Assembly (NCBI RefSeq): GCF_006345805.1
Contig: NC_043014.1
Location: 54,002,001 to 54,066,000 of the forward strand
Reading direction: 5' to 3'
DNA from: Octopus sinensis
Lineage: Eukaryota
Length of the DNA stretch: 64,000 nucleotides
The translations under genes were made by a program, and so were the position numbers. Below the pieces are notes generated by a model. It was given only the letters and a program-made list of their open reading frames with translations. It had not been told where the DNA came from and ran no database searches. Shown here piece by piece: positions 1 to 14,300 of the stretch; positions within the stretch are counted from its first letter, which is position 1; each line of letters opens with the position of its first letter.

Positions 1-559
1 CAAGAAAATCAGTCGACTGAAATTTTGGAGGAATAAAAATGTTGAAAGGTAGCAGTGGATTTTGTCTTTATAAGTAACTGGAGAAAAAGCCAGTAAGTTT
101 TAGTTTTACCAGTGGTGGTAATGGTAAAAGAATGAATTAATTTAGTATTCAAATAATACATCTTAGAAAATGAATGGAATATATAAAGAAATAAAATAAG
201 AGATCCTTATAAATAGAAGATAAGATTAAATTAGAGTGAGGAAAATTGAGTTTTGACATGTTGAGTAAGGTCCTCTCAGCCAAAATGTCAACTCACCATT
301 TTATAAAGAACTATTTGAATAAAAGACCAACACTAAAAGGTGAGGGCATAGAACGGGTAGAATATACCTTGGTGTATTATTGGAAGATTTCTTTATCATA
401 CAAGCTCATTTCTTTATGTCCATGAATTATATCTTATTTTTTCCAAATTTTAATAGCTCTAGGTTTTTCTTCTCCTCCAACATAGACCTTCCAAACCATG
501 ACCTCTCGCCACAGACACATGATTTTTTAAAATATATTTCTGAATGGTCATTTTGCCAG

Positions 560-1690
560 TTTAGCCAATAAAAACACACACACTATATATTTGGTGTTAT
601 TTTGCTTCAGTGATATTTATTTTTTACATTAATCTTAATCTTATTTCGGCCAGAGTTCTTTCGTCACACTCCTGTGACCACATCAGTGGTCTTTTGTTTA
701 CTTCTTCTTTCTTATTTGTGTCTCTCCTTACTAACCGTTAGCCATTTTGTATTTCTATTGTATGTCTTCATTTGCGCATGCTTATATCTCTATGTGCGTC
801 TATGTTTATTTAGTGTGTGTGGGGTGGGGGGATGCCTGTAATATTTGTATCTTCTGTTTATATACATTCATGTAATTTGTTGTTGTTTTTCTTTATTCTT
901 ATTTTGTTCATGTGTTTACATCCACTTATTATTATTATCATTACATATGCTTGTATGTATGTATAACAACAATACTAGTAATACTACTAATAATAATAAT
1001 AATAAATTTTTTTAAATTAAACAAAAAAAAACTTATATAGTTATTTATTTCTATTTGTTTATTTATCTGTATATTTTATTTATTATGTTTTCGGTTTTGT
1101 TTATATTGTAACCAGTTTATGGGGATCCTCTAATGTCATATGTTGTGGTGTGTGCTTGTCTTCCATTCCAGTTTCCTATTCAGGCTAGATTTATCTTCTA
1201 TTATGTGTGTAGTTCTCTAATTTATCTGATTGTTGCATCTGTTCTATGTGTGGACAATATTTTAATTTCTATGTTGTTAATAATTCCCCCATGTTCCTGT
1301 TCGGCATGTTGGTACAGAATCGATGAGCTTTTACCTTCCTTGAGTTCTCTCCAATGTTCATTTACCCGCTCTCCTATGCTTCTTGCCGTTTCCCCTACGT
1401 AAGTCGTTGTCTTGTTACTGCATCGTCCCTCTTTACATCTTATACTATAGACAATATTTCTGGCTTTACTGAAACAGTGATGTGGTTATCCACCAATCCC
1501 CTTTCCTTTCATTTGTTTAGTTGGGACAATTACTGTTAAATTTGAATGGGTCCAACAAGGAGCAGGTATTCCAAGAATTAAATATTCAATAAGAATAAAT
1601 AATATATTCTCTTGGATTGGAAGTTTCCGCTCAAACCTTTCCCTTGAAACAAGAAAATTGAGAAGTAGTGAAGTTTGATTCACTATGTTC
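560..1690 (-). mobile_element. Penelope-like retroelement 3' remnant with GIY-YIG endonuclease (decayed)
   Basis: The minus strand 1464-1225 is open for 80 codons: ARNIVYSIRCKEGRCSNKTTTYVGETARSIGERVNEHWRELKEGKSSSILYQHAEQEHGG...IKILSTHRTDATIR*. This fits the GIY-YIG pattern (VY-x-I-x-C ... YVGET-x-R ... R-x-x-EH) of PLE endonucleases. Stops lie on both sides. Outer boundaries are approximate. Confidence 0.8.
648..691 (-). ncRNA. Degenerate minimal type I hammerhead ribozyme motif in the PLE terminal region
   Basis: Minus strand reads GACCA-CTGATG(TG)-GTCAC AGGAGT GTGAC-GAAA-GAACTC-TGGCC. It has a perfect 5-bp stem II, GAAA, a short stem III, a CUC site and stem I with one mismatch. The core deviates at A9. 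Confidence 0.5.
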
Positions 1691-1881
1691 GTCTCATCAA
1701 GAAGTTGACAATGGCCAAGAATAAATAGGAAGATGCTGTGTTGGAGAGGATCCTTTCCAAGCTAGCATGGAAAAACAGAGGTATGATGATGATGATGGTA
1801 AACTTCTCTCATCAGTTACTCTGTTGCAATATTGTCCTTTCTTCCTTCTGGCAACTGAATGTGGCTCACCAGCCACCTTCA

Positions 1882-2260
1882 CATCATCATCATCATTTAA
1901 CGTCGATTGTCCTTGCTGTCATGGGTTGAACATTTGACCGGGCTGGCATGTTGGAAGGCTGCACCAGACTCCTGTCGGATTTGGCATGGTTTTCTACGGC
2001 TGGATGCCCTTCCTATCGGCAACAACTCTGAAAGTGTAATGAGTGCTTTTACATGCCAATTTCCGTGACACCAGTATCTGTCACGACTGTGATTTTGCTC
2101 AGCTTGATGGGTCTTTTTCTCAAGCACAACATTATGGGAAAGATCTTGGTCATTGCCAATGTGAGGCCCAAGACTCGAAAGGAACTCAGCCGCTTTGCAT
2201 CTGCAAGGTCCAAACACTTGAAAGGAATTCAGTCACTTTTCCCCCATTAGGTCCTATGTC
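1882..2260 (-). mobile_element. RTE-LINE 3' end / RTE-tailed SINE copy
   Basis: Begins with (CAT)n-TTTAACGTC and contains GGATGCCCTTCC. The same sequence recurs many times in the window and matches the 3' end of the RTE ORF2 fragment at 53950-54790. Confidence 0.7.
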
Positions 2261-2328
2261 TTCCTGGCTCCACCGCAACCACACATTTCTGTAATACATA
2301 TTTTTTTCTTAATTGCCCACAGGGGGCA

Positions 2329-5300
2329 AACCTTGTTCCTGAGTTACACTCTTCTTGTATTCCTGATTACTAACCTTGTTCCTGAGTTACACTCTTCTTC
2401 TATTCCTGATTACTTACCTTGTTCCCGAGTTACACTCTTCTTGTATTCCTGATGACTAACCTTGTTCCTGAGTTACACTCTTCTTCTATTCCTGATTACT
2501 TACCTTGTTCCCGAGTTACACTCTTCTTGTAATCCTGATTACTAACCTTGTTCCCGAGTTACACTCTTCTTGTATTCCTGATTACTAACCTTGTTCCCGA
2601 GTTACACTCTTCTTGTATTCCTGATTACTAACCTTGTTCCCGAGTTACACTCTTCTTGTATTCCTGATTACTAACCTTGTTCCTGAGTTACACTCCTCTT
2701 GTATTCCTGATTACTAACCTTGTTCCCGAGTTACACTCTTCTTATATTACTGATTACTAACCTTGTTCCTGAGTTACACTCTTCTTGTATTCCTGATTAC
2801 TAACCTTGTTCCCGAGTTACACTCTTCTTGTATTCCTGATTACTAACCTTGTTCCCGAGTTACACTCTTCTTGTATTCCTGATTACTAACCTTGTTACTG
2901 AGTTACACTCTTCTTGTATTCGTGATTACTAACCTTGTTCCTGAGTTACACTCCTCTTGTATTCCTGATTACTAACCTTGTTCCCGAGTTACACTCTTCT
3001 TGTATTCCTGATTACTAACCTTGTTCCCGAGTTACACTCTTCTTGTATTACTGATTACTAACCTTGTCCTTGAGTTACACTCTTCTTGTATTCCTGATTA
3101 CTAACCTTGTTCCCGAGTTACACTCTTCTTGTATTCCTGATTACTAACCTTGTTCCCGAGTTACACTCTTCTTGTATTCCTGATTACTAACCTTGTTACT
3201 GAGTTACACTCTTCTTGTATTCCTGATTACTAACCTTGTTCCTGAGTTACACTCCTCTTGTATTCCTGATTACTAACCTTGTTCCCGAGTTACACTCTTC
3301 TTGTATTACTGATTACTAACCTTGTTCCTGAGTTACACTCTTCTTATATTCCTTATTACTAACCTTGTTCCAGAGTTACACTCTTCTTGTATTCCTGATT
3401 ACTAACCTTGTTCCCGAGTTACACTCTTCTTGTATTCCTGATTACTCACCTTGTTCCTGAGTTACACTCTTCTTGTATTCCTGATTAGTAACCTTGTTCC
3501 TGAGTTGCACTCTTCTTGTATTACTGATTACTCACCTTGTTCCCGAGTTACACTCTTCTTGTATTCCTGATTAGTAACCTTGTTCCTGAGTTACACTCTT
3601 CTTGTATTCCTGATTACTAAACTTGTTCCTGAGTTGCACTCTTCTTGTATTCCTGATTACTAACCTTGTTCCTGAGTTACACTTTTCTTGTATTCCTGAT
3701 TACTCACCTTGTCCCCGAGTTACACTCTTCTTGTATTCCCGATTACTAACCTTGTTCCTGAGTTACACTCTTCTTGTATTCCTTATTACTAACCTTGTTC
3801 CCGAGTTACACTCTTCTTGTATTCCTGATTACTAACCTTGTTCCCGAGTTACACTCTTCTTGTATTCCTGATTACTAACCTTGTTCCTGAGTTACACTCT
3901 TCTTGTATTCCTGATTACTAACCTTGTTCCCGAGTTACACTTTTCTTGTATTCCTGATTACTACCTTGTTCCTGAGTTACACTCTTCTTGTATTCCTGAT
4001 TACTAACCTTGTTCCTGAGTTGCACTCTTCTTGTATTCCTGATTACTAACCTTGTTCCCGAGTTACACTCTTCTTGTATTCCTGATTACTAACCTTGTTC
4101 CTGAGTTACACTCTTCTTGTATTCCTGATTACTAACCTTGTTCCCGAGTTACACTCTTCTTGTATTCCTGATTACTAACCTTGTTCCCGAGTTACACTCT
4201 TCTTGTATTCCTGATTACTAACTTCGTTCCTGAGTTACACTTTCCTTGTATTCCTGATTACTAACCTTGTTCCCGAGTTACACTCTTCTTGTATTCCTGA
4301 TTACTAACCTTGTTCCCGAGTTACACTCTTCTTGTATTACTGATTACTAACCTTGTTCCCGAGTTACACTCTTCTTGTATTACTGATTACTAACCTTGTT
4401 CCCGAGTTACACTCTTCTTGTATTACTGATTACTAACCTTGTTCCCGAGTTACACTCTTCTTGTATTACTGATTACTAACCTTGTTCCCGAGTTACACTC
4501 TTCTTGTATTCCTGATTACTAACCTTGTTACTGAGTTACACTCTTCTTGTATTCCTGATTACTAACCTTGTTCCTGAGTTACACTCCTCTTGTATTCCTG
4601 ATTACTAACCTTGTTCCCGAGTTACACTCTTCTTGTATTCCTGATTACTAACCTTGTTCCCGAGTTACACTCTTCTTGTATTACTGATTACTAACCTTGT
4701 TCCCGAGTTACACTCTTCTTGTATTACTGACTACTAACCTTGTTCCCGAGTTACACTCTTCTTGTATTACTGATTACTAACCTTGTTCCCGAGTTACACT
4801 CTTCTTGTATTACTGATTACTAACCTTGTTCCTGAGTTACACTCTTCTTGTATTCCTGATTACTAACCTTGTTCCCGAGTTGCACTTTCCTTGTATTCCT
4901 GATTACTAACCTTGTTCCTGAGTTACACTCTTCTTGTATTCCTGATTACTTACCTTGTTCCTGAGTTACACTCTTCTTGTATTCCTGATTACTAACCTTG
5001 TTCCCGAGTTACACTCGTCTTGTATTCCTGATTACTAACCTTGTTCCAGAGTTGCACTCTTCTTGTATTCTGATTACTCACCTTGTTCCCGAGTTACACT
5101 CTTCTTGTATTCCTGATTACTAACTTGTTCCTGAGTTACACTCTTCTTGTATTCCTGATTACTAACCTTGTTCCTGAGTTGCACTCTTCTTGTATTCCTG
5201 ATTACTAACCTTGTTCCTGAGTTACACTCCTCTTGTTTTCCTGATTACTAACCTTGTTCCCGAGTTACACTCTTCTTGTATTTCTGATTACTAACCTTGT

Positions 5301-8300
5301 TCCCGAGTTACACTCTTCTTGTATTCCTGATTACTAACCTTGTTACTGAGTTACACTCTTCTTGTATTCCTGATTACTAACCTTGTTCCTGAGTTACACT
5401 CTTCTTGTATTCCTGATTACTAACCTTGTTCCGAGTTACACTCTTCTTGTATTCTGATTACTAACCTTGTTCCTGAGTTACACTCTTCTTGTATTCCTGA
5501 TTACTAACCTTGTTCCCGAGTTACACTCTTCTTGTATTCCTGATTACTAACCTTGTTACTGAGTTACACTCTTCTTGTATTCGTGATTACTAACCTTGTT
5601 CCTGAGTTACACTCCTCTTGTATTCCTGATTACTAACCTTGTTCCCGAGTTACACTCTTCTTGTATTACTGATTACTAACCTTGTTCCCGAGTTACACTC
5701 TTCTTGTATTACTGATTACTAACCTTGTTCTTGAGTTACACTCTTCTTGTATTCCTGATTACTAACCTTGTTCCCGAGTTACACTCTTCTTGTATTACTG
5801 ATTACTAACCTTGTTCCCGAGTTACACTCTTCTTGTATTACTGATTACTAACCTTGTTCCCGAGTTACACTCTTCTTGTATTCCTGATTACTAACCTTGT
5901 TCCTGAGTTACACTCTTCTTGTATTCCTGATTACTAACCTTGTTCCCGAGTTACACTCTTCTTGTATTCCTGATTACTAACCTTGTTCCCGAGTTACACT
6001 CTTCTTGTATTCCTGATTACTAACCTTGTTCCCGAGTTACACTCTTCTTGTATTCCTGATTACTAACCTTGTTCCTGAGTTACACTCTTCTTGTATTCCT
6101 GATTACTAACCTTGTTCCTGAGTTGCACTCTTCTTATATTCCTGATTACTCACCTTGTTCCTGAGTTACACTCTTCTTGTATTCCTGATTACTAACCTTG
6201 TTCCTGAGTTGCACTCTTCTTGTATTCCTGATTACTAACCTTGTTCCTGAGTTACACTTTTCTTGTATTCCTGATTACTCACCTTGTCCCCGAGTTACAC
6301 TCTTCTTGTATTCCCGATTACTAACCTTGTTCCTGAGTTACACTCTTCTTGTATTCCTTATTACTAACCTTGTTCCCGAGTTACACTCTTCTTGTATTCC
6401 TGATTACTAACCTTGTTCCCGAGTTGCACTTCTTGTATTCCTGATTACTAACCTTGTTCCAGAGTTACACTCTTCTTGTATTCCTGATTACTAACCTTGT
6501 TCCCGAGTTACACTCTTCTTGTATTCCTTATTACTTACCTTGTTCCTGAGTTACACTCTTCTTGTATTCCTGATTACTAACCTTGTTCCTGAGTTACACT
6601 CTTCTTGTATTCCTGATTACTAACCTTGTTCCCGAGTTACACTCTTCTTGTATTCCTGATTACTAACCTTGTTCCTGAGTTACACTCTTCTTGTATTCCT
6701 GATTACTAACCTTGTTCCCGAGTTACACTCTTCTTGTATTCCTGATTACTAACCTTGTTCCCGAGTTACACTTTCTTGTATTCCTGATTACTAACTTGTT
6801 CCTGAGTTACACTTCTTGTATTCCTGATTACTAACCTTGTTCCGAGTTACACTCTTCTTGTATTCCTGATTACTAACCTTGTTCCCGAGTTACACTCTTC
6901 TTGTATTACTGACTACTAACCTTGTTCCCGAGTTACACTCTTCTTGTATTACTGATTACTAACCTTGTTCCCGAGTTACACTCTTCTTGTATTACTGATT
7001 ACTAACCTTGTTCCCGAGTTACACTCTTCTTGTATTCCTGATTACTAACCTTGTTCCTGAGTTGCACTTTCCTTGTATTCCTGATTACTAACCTTGTTCC
7101 TGAGTTACACTCTTCTTGTATTCCTGATTACTTACCTTGTTCCTGAGTTACACTCTTCTTGTATTCCTGATTACTAACCTTGTTCCCGAGTTACACTCGT
7201 CTTGTATTCCTGATTACTAACCTTGTTCCCGAGTTACACTCTTCTTGTATTCCTGATTACTAACCTTGTTACTGAGTTACACTCTTCTTGTATTCCTGAT
7301 TACTAACCTTGTTCCTGAGTTACACTCCTCTTGTATTCCTGATTACTAACCTTGTTCCCGAGTTACACTCTTCTTGTATTCCTGATTACTAACCTTGTTC
7401 CCGAGTTACACTCTTCTTGTATTACTGATTACTAACCTTGTTCCTGAGTTACACTCTTCTTGTATTCCTGATTACTAACCTTGTTCCCGAGTTACACTCT
7501 TCTTGTATTACTGATTACTAACCTTGTTCCCGAGTTACACTCTTCTTGTATTACTGACTACTAACCTTGTTCCCGAGTTACACTCTTCTTGTATTACTGA
7601 TTACTAACCTTGTTCCCGAGTTACACTCTTCTTGTATTACTGATTACTTACCTTGTTCCTGAGTTACACTCTTCTTGTATTCCTGATTACTAACCTTGTT
7701 CCCGAGTTGCACTTTCCTTGTATTCCTGATTACTAACCTTGTTCCTGAGTTACACTCTTCTTGTTTTCCTGATTACTTACCTTGTTCCTGAGTTACACTC
7801 TTCTTGTATTCCTGATTACTAACCTTGTTCCTGAGTTGCACTCTTCTTGTATTCCTGATTACTAACCTTGTTCCAGAGTTGCACTCTTCTTGTATTCCTG
7901 ATTACTCACCTTGTTCCCGAGTTGCACTCTTCTTGTATTCCTTATTACTAACGTTGTTCCTGAGTTACACTCTTCTTGTTTTCCTGATTACTAACCTTGT
8001 TCCTGAGTTGCACTCTTCTTGTATTCCTGATTACTAACCTTGTTCCTGAGTTACACTCCTCTTGTATTCCTGATTACTAACCTTGTTCCTGAGGTACACT
8101 CCTCTTGTTTTCCTGATTACTAACCTTGTTCCCGAGTTACACTCTTCTTGTGTTCCTGATTACTAACCTTGTTCCCGAGTTACACTCTTCTTGTTTTCCT
8201 GATTACTAACCTTGTTACTGAGTTACACTCTTCTTGTATTCCTGATTACTAACCTTGTTCCTGAGTTACACTCCTCTTGTATTCCTGATTACTAACCTTG

Positions 8301-11300
8301 TTCCCGAGTTACACTCTTCTTGTATTACTGATTACTAACCTTGTTACTGAGTTACACTCTTCTTGTATTCCTGATTACTAACCTTGTTCCCGAGTTACAC
8401 TCTTCTTGTATTACTGATTACTAACCTTGTTCCCGAGTTACACTCTTCTTGTATTACTGATTACTAACCTTGTTCCCGAGTTACACTCTTCTTGTATTAC
8501 TGATTACTAACCTTGTTCCTGAGTTACACTCTTCTTATATTCGTGATTACTAACCTTGTTCCCGAGTTACACTCTTCTTGTATTCCTGATTACTAACCTT
8601 GTTCCCGAGTTACACTCTTCTTGTATTCCTGATTACTAACCTTGTTCCCGAGTTACACTCTTCTTATATTCCTGATTACTCACCTTGTTCCTGAGTTACA
8701 CTCTTCTTGTATTCCTGATTAGTAACCTTGTTCCTGAGTTGCACTCTTCTTGTATTACTGATTACTAACCTTGTTCCCGAGTTACACTCTTCTTGTATTC
8801 CTGATTAGTAACCTTGTTCCTGAGTTACACTCTTCTTGTTTCCTGATTACTAACCTTGTTCCTGAGTTGCACTCTTCTTGTATTCCTGATTACTAACCTT
8901 GTTCCTGAGTTACACTTTTCTTGTATTCCTGATTACTCACCTTGTCCCCGAGTTACACTCTTCTTGTATTCCCGATTACTAACCTTGTTCCTGAGTTACA
9001 CTCTTCTTGTATTCCTTATTACTAACCTTGTTCCCGAGTTACACTCTTCTTGTATTCCTGATTACTCACCTTGTTCCCGAGTTACACTCTTCTTGTATTC
9101 CTGATTACTAACCTTGTTCCTGAGTTACACTCTTCTTGTATTCCTAATTACTAACCTTGTTCCCGAGTTGCACTTTTCTTGTATTCCTTATTACTTACCT
9201 TGTTCCTGAGTTACACTCTTCTTGTATTCCTGATTACTAACCTTGTTCCTGAGTTGCACTCTTCTTGTATTCCTGATTACTAACCTTGTTCCCGAGTTAC
9301 ACTCTTCTTGTATTCCTGATTACTAACCTTGTTCCTGAGTTACACTCTTCTTTTATTCCTGATTACTAACCTTGTTCCCGAGTTACACTCTTCTTGTATT
9401 CCTGATTACTAACCTTGTTCCCGAGTTACACTTTCCTTGTATTCCTGATTACTAACCTTGTTCCCGAGTTACACTCTTCTTGTATTCCTGATTACTAACC
9501 TTGTTCCCGAGTTACACTCTTCTTGTATTCCTTATTACTAACCTTGTTCCCGAGTTACACTCTTCTTGTATTCCTGATTACTAACCTTGTTCCCGAGTTA
9601 CACTCTTCTTGTATTCCTGATTACTAACCTTGTTCCTGAGTTACACTCTTCTTGTATTCCTAATTACTAACCTTGTTCCCGAGTTGCACTTTTCTTGTAT
9701 TCCTTATTCCTTACCTTGTTCCTGAGTTACACTCTTCTTGTATTCCTGATTACTAACCTTGTTCCTGAGTTGCACTCTTCTTGTATTCCTGATTACTAAC
9801 CTTGTTCCCGAGTTACACTCTTCTTGTATTCCTGATTACTAACCTTGTTCCTGAGTTACACTCTTCTTGTATTCCTGATTACTAACCTTGTTCCCGAGTT
9901 ACACTCTTCTTGTAATCCTGATTACTAACCTTGTTCCCGAGTTACACTCTTCTTGTATTCCTGATTACTAACTTTGTTCCCGAGTTACACTTTCCTTGTA
10001 TTCCTGATTACTAACCTTGTTCCCGAGTTACACTCTTCTTGTATTCCTGATTACTAACGTTGTTCCCGAGTTACACTCTTCTTGTATTACTGATTACTAA
10101 CCTTGTTCCCGAGTTACACTCTTCTTGTATTACTGACTACTAACCTTGTTCCCGAGTTACACTCTTCTTGTATTACTGATTACTAACCTTGTTCCCGAGT
10201 TACACTCTTCTTGTATTACTGATTACTAACCTGTTCCCGAGTTACACTCTTCTTGTATTCCTGATTACTACCCTTGTTACTGAGTTAACACTCTCTTCTC
10301 CTGAGTTACACTCCTCTTGTATTCCTGATTACTAACCTTGTTCCCGAGTTACACTCTTCTTGTATTCCTGATTACTAACCTTGTTCCCGAGTTACACTCT
10401 TCTTGTATTACTGATTACTAACCTTGTTCCCGAGTTACACTCTTCTTGTATTACTGACTACTACTAACCTTGTTCCCGAGTTACACTCTTCTTGTATTAC
10501 TGATTACTAACCTTGTTCCCGAGTTACACTCTTCTTGTATTACTGATTACTTACCTTGTTCCTGAGTTACACTCTTCTTGTATTCCTGATTACTAACCTT
10601 GTTCCCGAGTTGCACTTTCCTTGTATTCCTGATTACTAACCTTGTTCCTGAGTTACACTCTTCTTGTTTTCCTGATTACTTACCTTGTTCCTGAGTTACA
10701 CTCTTCTTGTATTCCTGATTACTAACCTTGTTCCTGAGTTGCACTCTTCTTGTATTCCTGATTACTAACCTTGTTCCAGAGTTGCACTCTTCTTGTATTC
10801 CTGATTACTCACCTTGTTCCCGAGTTGCACTCTTCTTGTATTCCTTATTACTAACGTTGTTCCTGAGTTACACTCTTCTTGTATTCCTGATTACTAACCT
10901 TGTTCCTGAGTTGCACTCTTCTTGTATTCCTGATTACTAACCTTGTTCCTGAGGTACACTCCTCTTGTTTTCCTGATTACTAACCTTGTTCCCGAGTTAC
11001 ACTCTTCTTGTATTTCTGATTACTAACCTTGTTCCCGAGTTACACTCTTCTTGTATTCCTGATTACTAACCTTGTTACTGAGTTACACTCTTCTTGTATT
11101 CCTGATTACTAACCTTGTTCCTGAGTTACACTCCTCTTGTATTCCTGATTACTAACCTTGTTCCCGAGTTACACTCTTCTTGTATTACTGATTACTAACC
11201 TTGTTCCTGAGTTACACTCTTCTTGTATTCCTGATTACTAACCTTGTTCCCGAGTTACACTCTTCTTGTATTCCTGATTACTAACCTTGTTACTGAGTTA

Positions 11301-14300
11301 CACTCTTCTTGTATTCGTTAACCTTGTTCCTGAGTTACACTCCTCTTGTATTCCTGATTACTAACCTGGCCCGATTACAATTCTTGTATTACTGATTACT
11401 AACCTTGTTCCCGAGTTACACTTTCTTGTATCCTGATTACTAACCTTGTTCCCGAGTACACTCTTCTTGTATTCCTGATTACTACACCGTGACTGAGTTA
11501 CACTCTTCTTGGTATAAGGTGATTACTTCCTTGTTCTTGAGTTACACTCCTCTTGTATTCTTCATGATTACTAACCTTGTTCCCGAGTTACACTCTTCTT
11601 GTATTAATGATTACACCTTGTTCCCGAGTTCACTCTTCTTGTATTATGATTACTAACTGTCTTGAGTTACCACTTTCTGTATTCCTGATTACTAACCTTG
11701 TACTGAGTTACACTTCTTGTATTCCTGATTACTAACCTTGTTCTGAGGTACACTACTCTTGTATTCATGATTACTAACCTTGTTCCCGAGTACACTCTTC
11801 TTGTATTCTGATTACTAACCTTGTTCCCGGTAAACTCTTCTTGTATTACTGAATTACTAACTTGTTCCTGAGTTACACTCTTCTTGTATTCCTGATTACT
11901 AACCTTGTTCCGAGTTACACTCTTCTTGTATTATGATTACTAAACCTTTGTTCCCGGTTACACTCTTCTTGTAGTAATGATACGAACCTTGTTCCGGAGT
12001 TACACTCTTTTGTATTCCTTACTCCTAACACTTGTTCACGAGTTACACTGTTCCTTGTATTCCTGATTACTAACCTTGTTCTGAGTTACACTCTTCTTGT
12101 TTCCTGAGTACTAACCTTGTTCCTGAGTTACACTCTTCTTGTATTCCTGATTACTAACCTTGTTCTGAGTTACACTCTTTTGTATTCCTGATTACTAACC
12201 TTGTGTCCAGAGTGCACTTTATTGTATTCCGAATATTACTCACTTGTTCCCGCGTGTACACTCTTCTTGTATTCCTGATTACTAACGTTGTTCCTGAGTT
12301 ACACTCTTCTTGTTTCCTGATTACTAACCTTGTTTGAGTTGCACTCCTTGTATTCCTGATACTAACCTGTTCCTGAGTTACACTCCTCTTGTATTCCTGA
12401 TTACTAACCTTGTTCCTGAGGTACACTCCTTGTTCCTGATTACTAACCTTGTTCCGAGTACACTCTTCTTGTGTTCCGATTACTAACCTGTTCCCGAGTT
12501 ACACTCTTTTGTTTTCCTGATTACTAACCTTGTACTGAGTTACACTCTTCTTGTATTCCTGATTACTACCTTGTTCCTGAGTTACACTCCTATTGTATTC
12601 CTGATTACTAACTTGTGTCCCCCGGTTACACTCTTCTTGTATTATGATTACTAACCTTGTTCCTGAGTACATCTTCTTGTATTCCTGATTAGTAACCTTG
12701 TTCCTGAGTTACACTTTCTTGTATTCCTGATACTCACCTTGTTCCCGAGTTACACTCTTCTTGTATTCCTGATTACTAACCTTGTCCTGAGTTACACTCT
12801 TCTTATATTCGTGATTACTAACCGGTTCCCGAGTACACTCTTCTTGTATTCCTGATTACTAACCTTGTTCCCGAGTTACACTCTTCTTGTATATGATTTA
12901 ACTTGTTCCCGAGTTACACTCTTCTTGTATTACTGATTACTAACCTTGTTCCCGAGTTACACTCTTCTTGTATTACTGATTACTAACCTTGTTCCTGAGT
13001 TACACTCTTCTTATATTCGTGATTACTAACCTTGTTCCTGAGTTACACTCTTCTTGTATTCCTGTTATACTACCTTGTTCCCGAGTTACACTCTTCTTGT
13101 ATTCCTGATTACTAACCTTGTTCCGAGTTACACTCTTCTTATATTCCTGATTACTCACCTTGTTCCTGAGTTACACTCTTCTTGTATTCCTGATTAAACC
13201 TGGTCCTGAGTTGCACTCTTCTTGTATTACTGATTACTAACTTGTTCCTGAGGTACACTTCTCTTGTATTCTCCGATTAGGAACCTTGTTCCTGAGTTGC
13301 ACTCTTCTTGTATTACTGATTACTAACCTTGTTCCTGAGTTACACTCTTCTTGTATTCCTGATTAGTAACCTTGTTCTGAGTTACACTTTTCTTGTATTC
13401 CTGATTACTCACCTTGTCCCCGAGTTACACTCTTCTTGTATTCCTGATTACTAACTTGTTCCTGAGTTACACTTTCTTCTTGTATTCCTTATACTAACCT
13501 TGTTCCCGAGTTACACTCTTCTTGTATTCCTGATTACTTCCCTTGTTCCGAGTTACACTTCTTGTATTCCTGATTACTAACCTTGTTCCTGAGTTACACT
13601 CTTCTTGTATTCCTAATTACTAACCTTGTTCCCGAGTTGCCACTTTCTTGTATTCCTTATTACTTACCTTGTTCCTGAGTTACACTCTTCTTGTATCCTG
13701 ATTACTAACCTTGTTCCTGAGTTGCACTCTTCTTGTATCCTGATTACTAACCTTGTTCCCGAGTTACACTCTTCTTGTATTCCTGATTACTAACCTGTTC
13801 CTGAGTTAACTCTTCTTTTATTCTGATTACTAACCTTGTTCCCGAGTTACACTCTTCTTGTATTCCTGATTACTAACCTTGTTCCCGAGTTACACTTTCC
13901 TGTATTCTGATTACTAACCTTGTTCCCGAGTTACACTCTTCTTGTATTCCTGATTACTAACCTTGTTCCCGAGTTACACTCTTCTTGTATTACTGATTAC
14001 TAAACTTGTTCCGAGTTACACTCTTCTTGTATTACGACTACTAACCTTGTTCCCGAGTTACACTCTTCTTGTATTACTGATTACTAACCTTGTTCTTGAG
14101 TTACACTCTTCTTGTATTCCTGATTACTAACCTTGTTCCGAGTTACACTCTTCTTGTATTACTGATTACTAACCTTGTTCCCGAGTTACACTCTTCTGTA
14201 TTACTGATTACTAACCTTGTTCCGAGTTACACTCTTCTTGTATTACTGATTACTAACCTTGTTCCCGAGTTACAGTCTTCTTGTATTCCTGATTACTACC

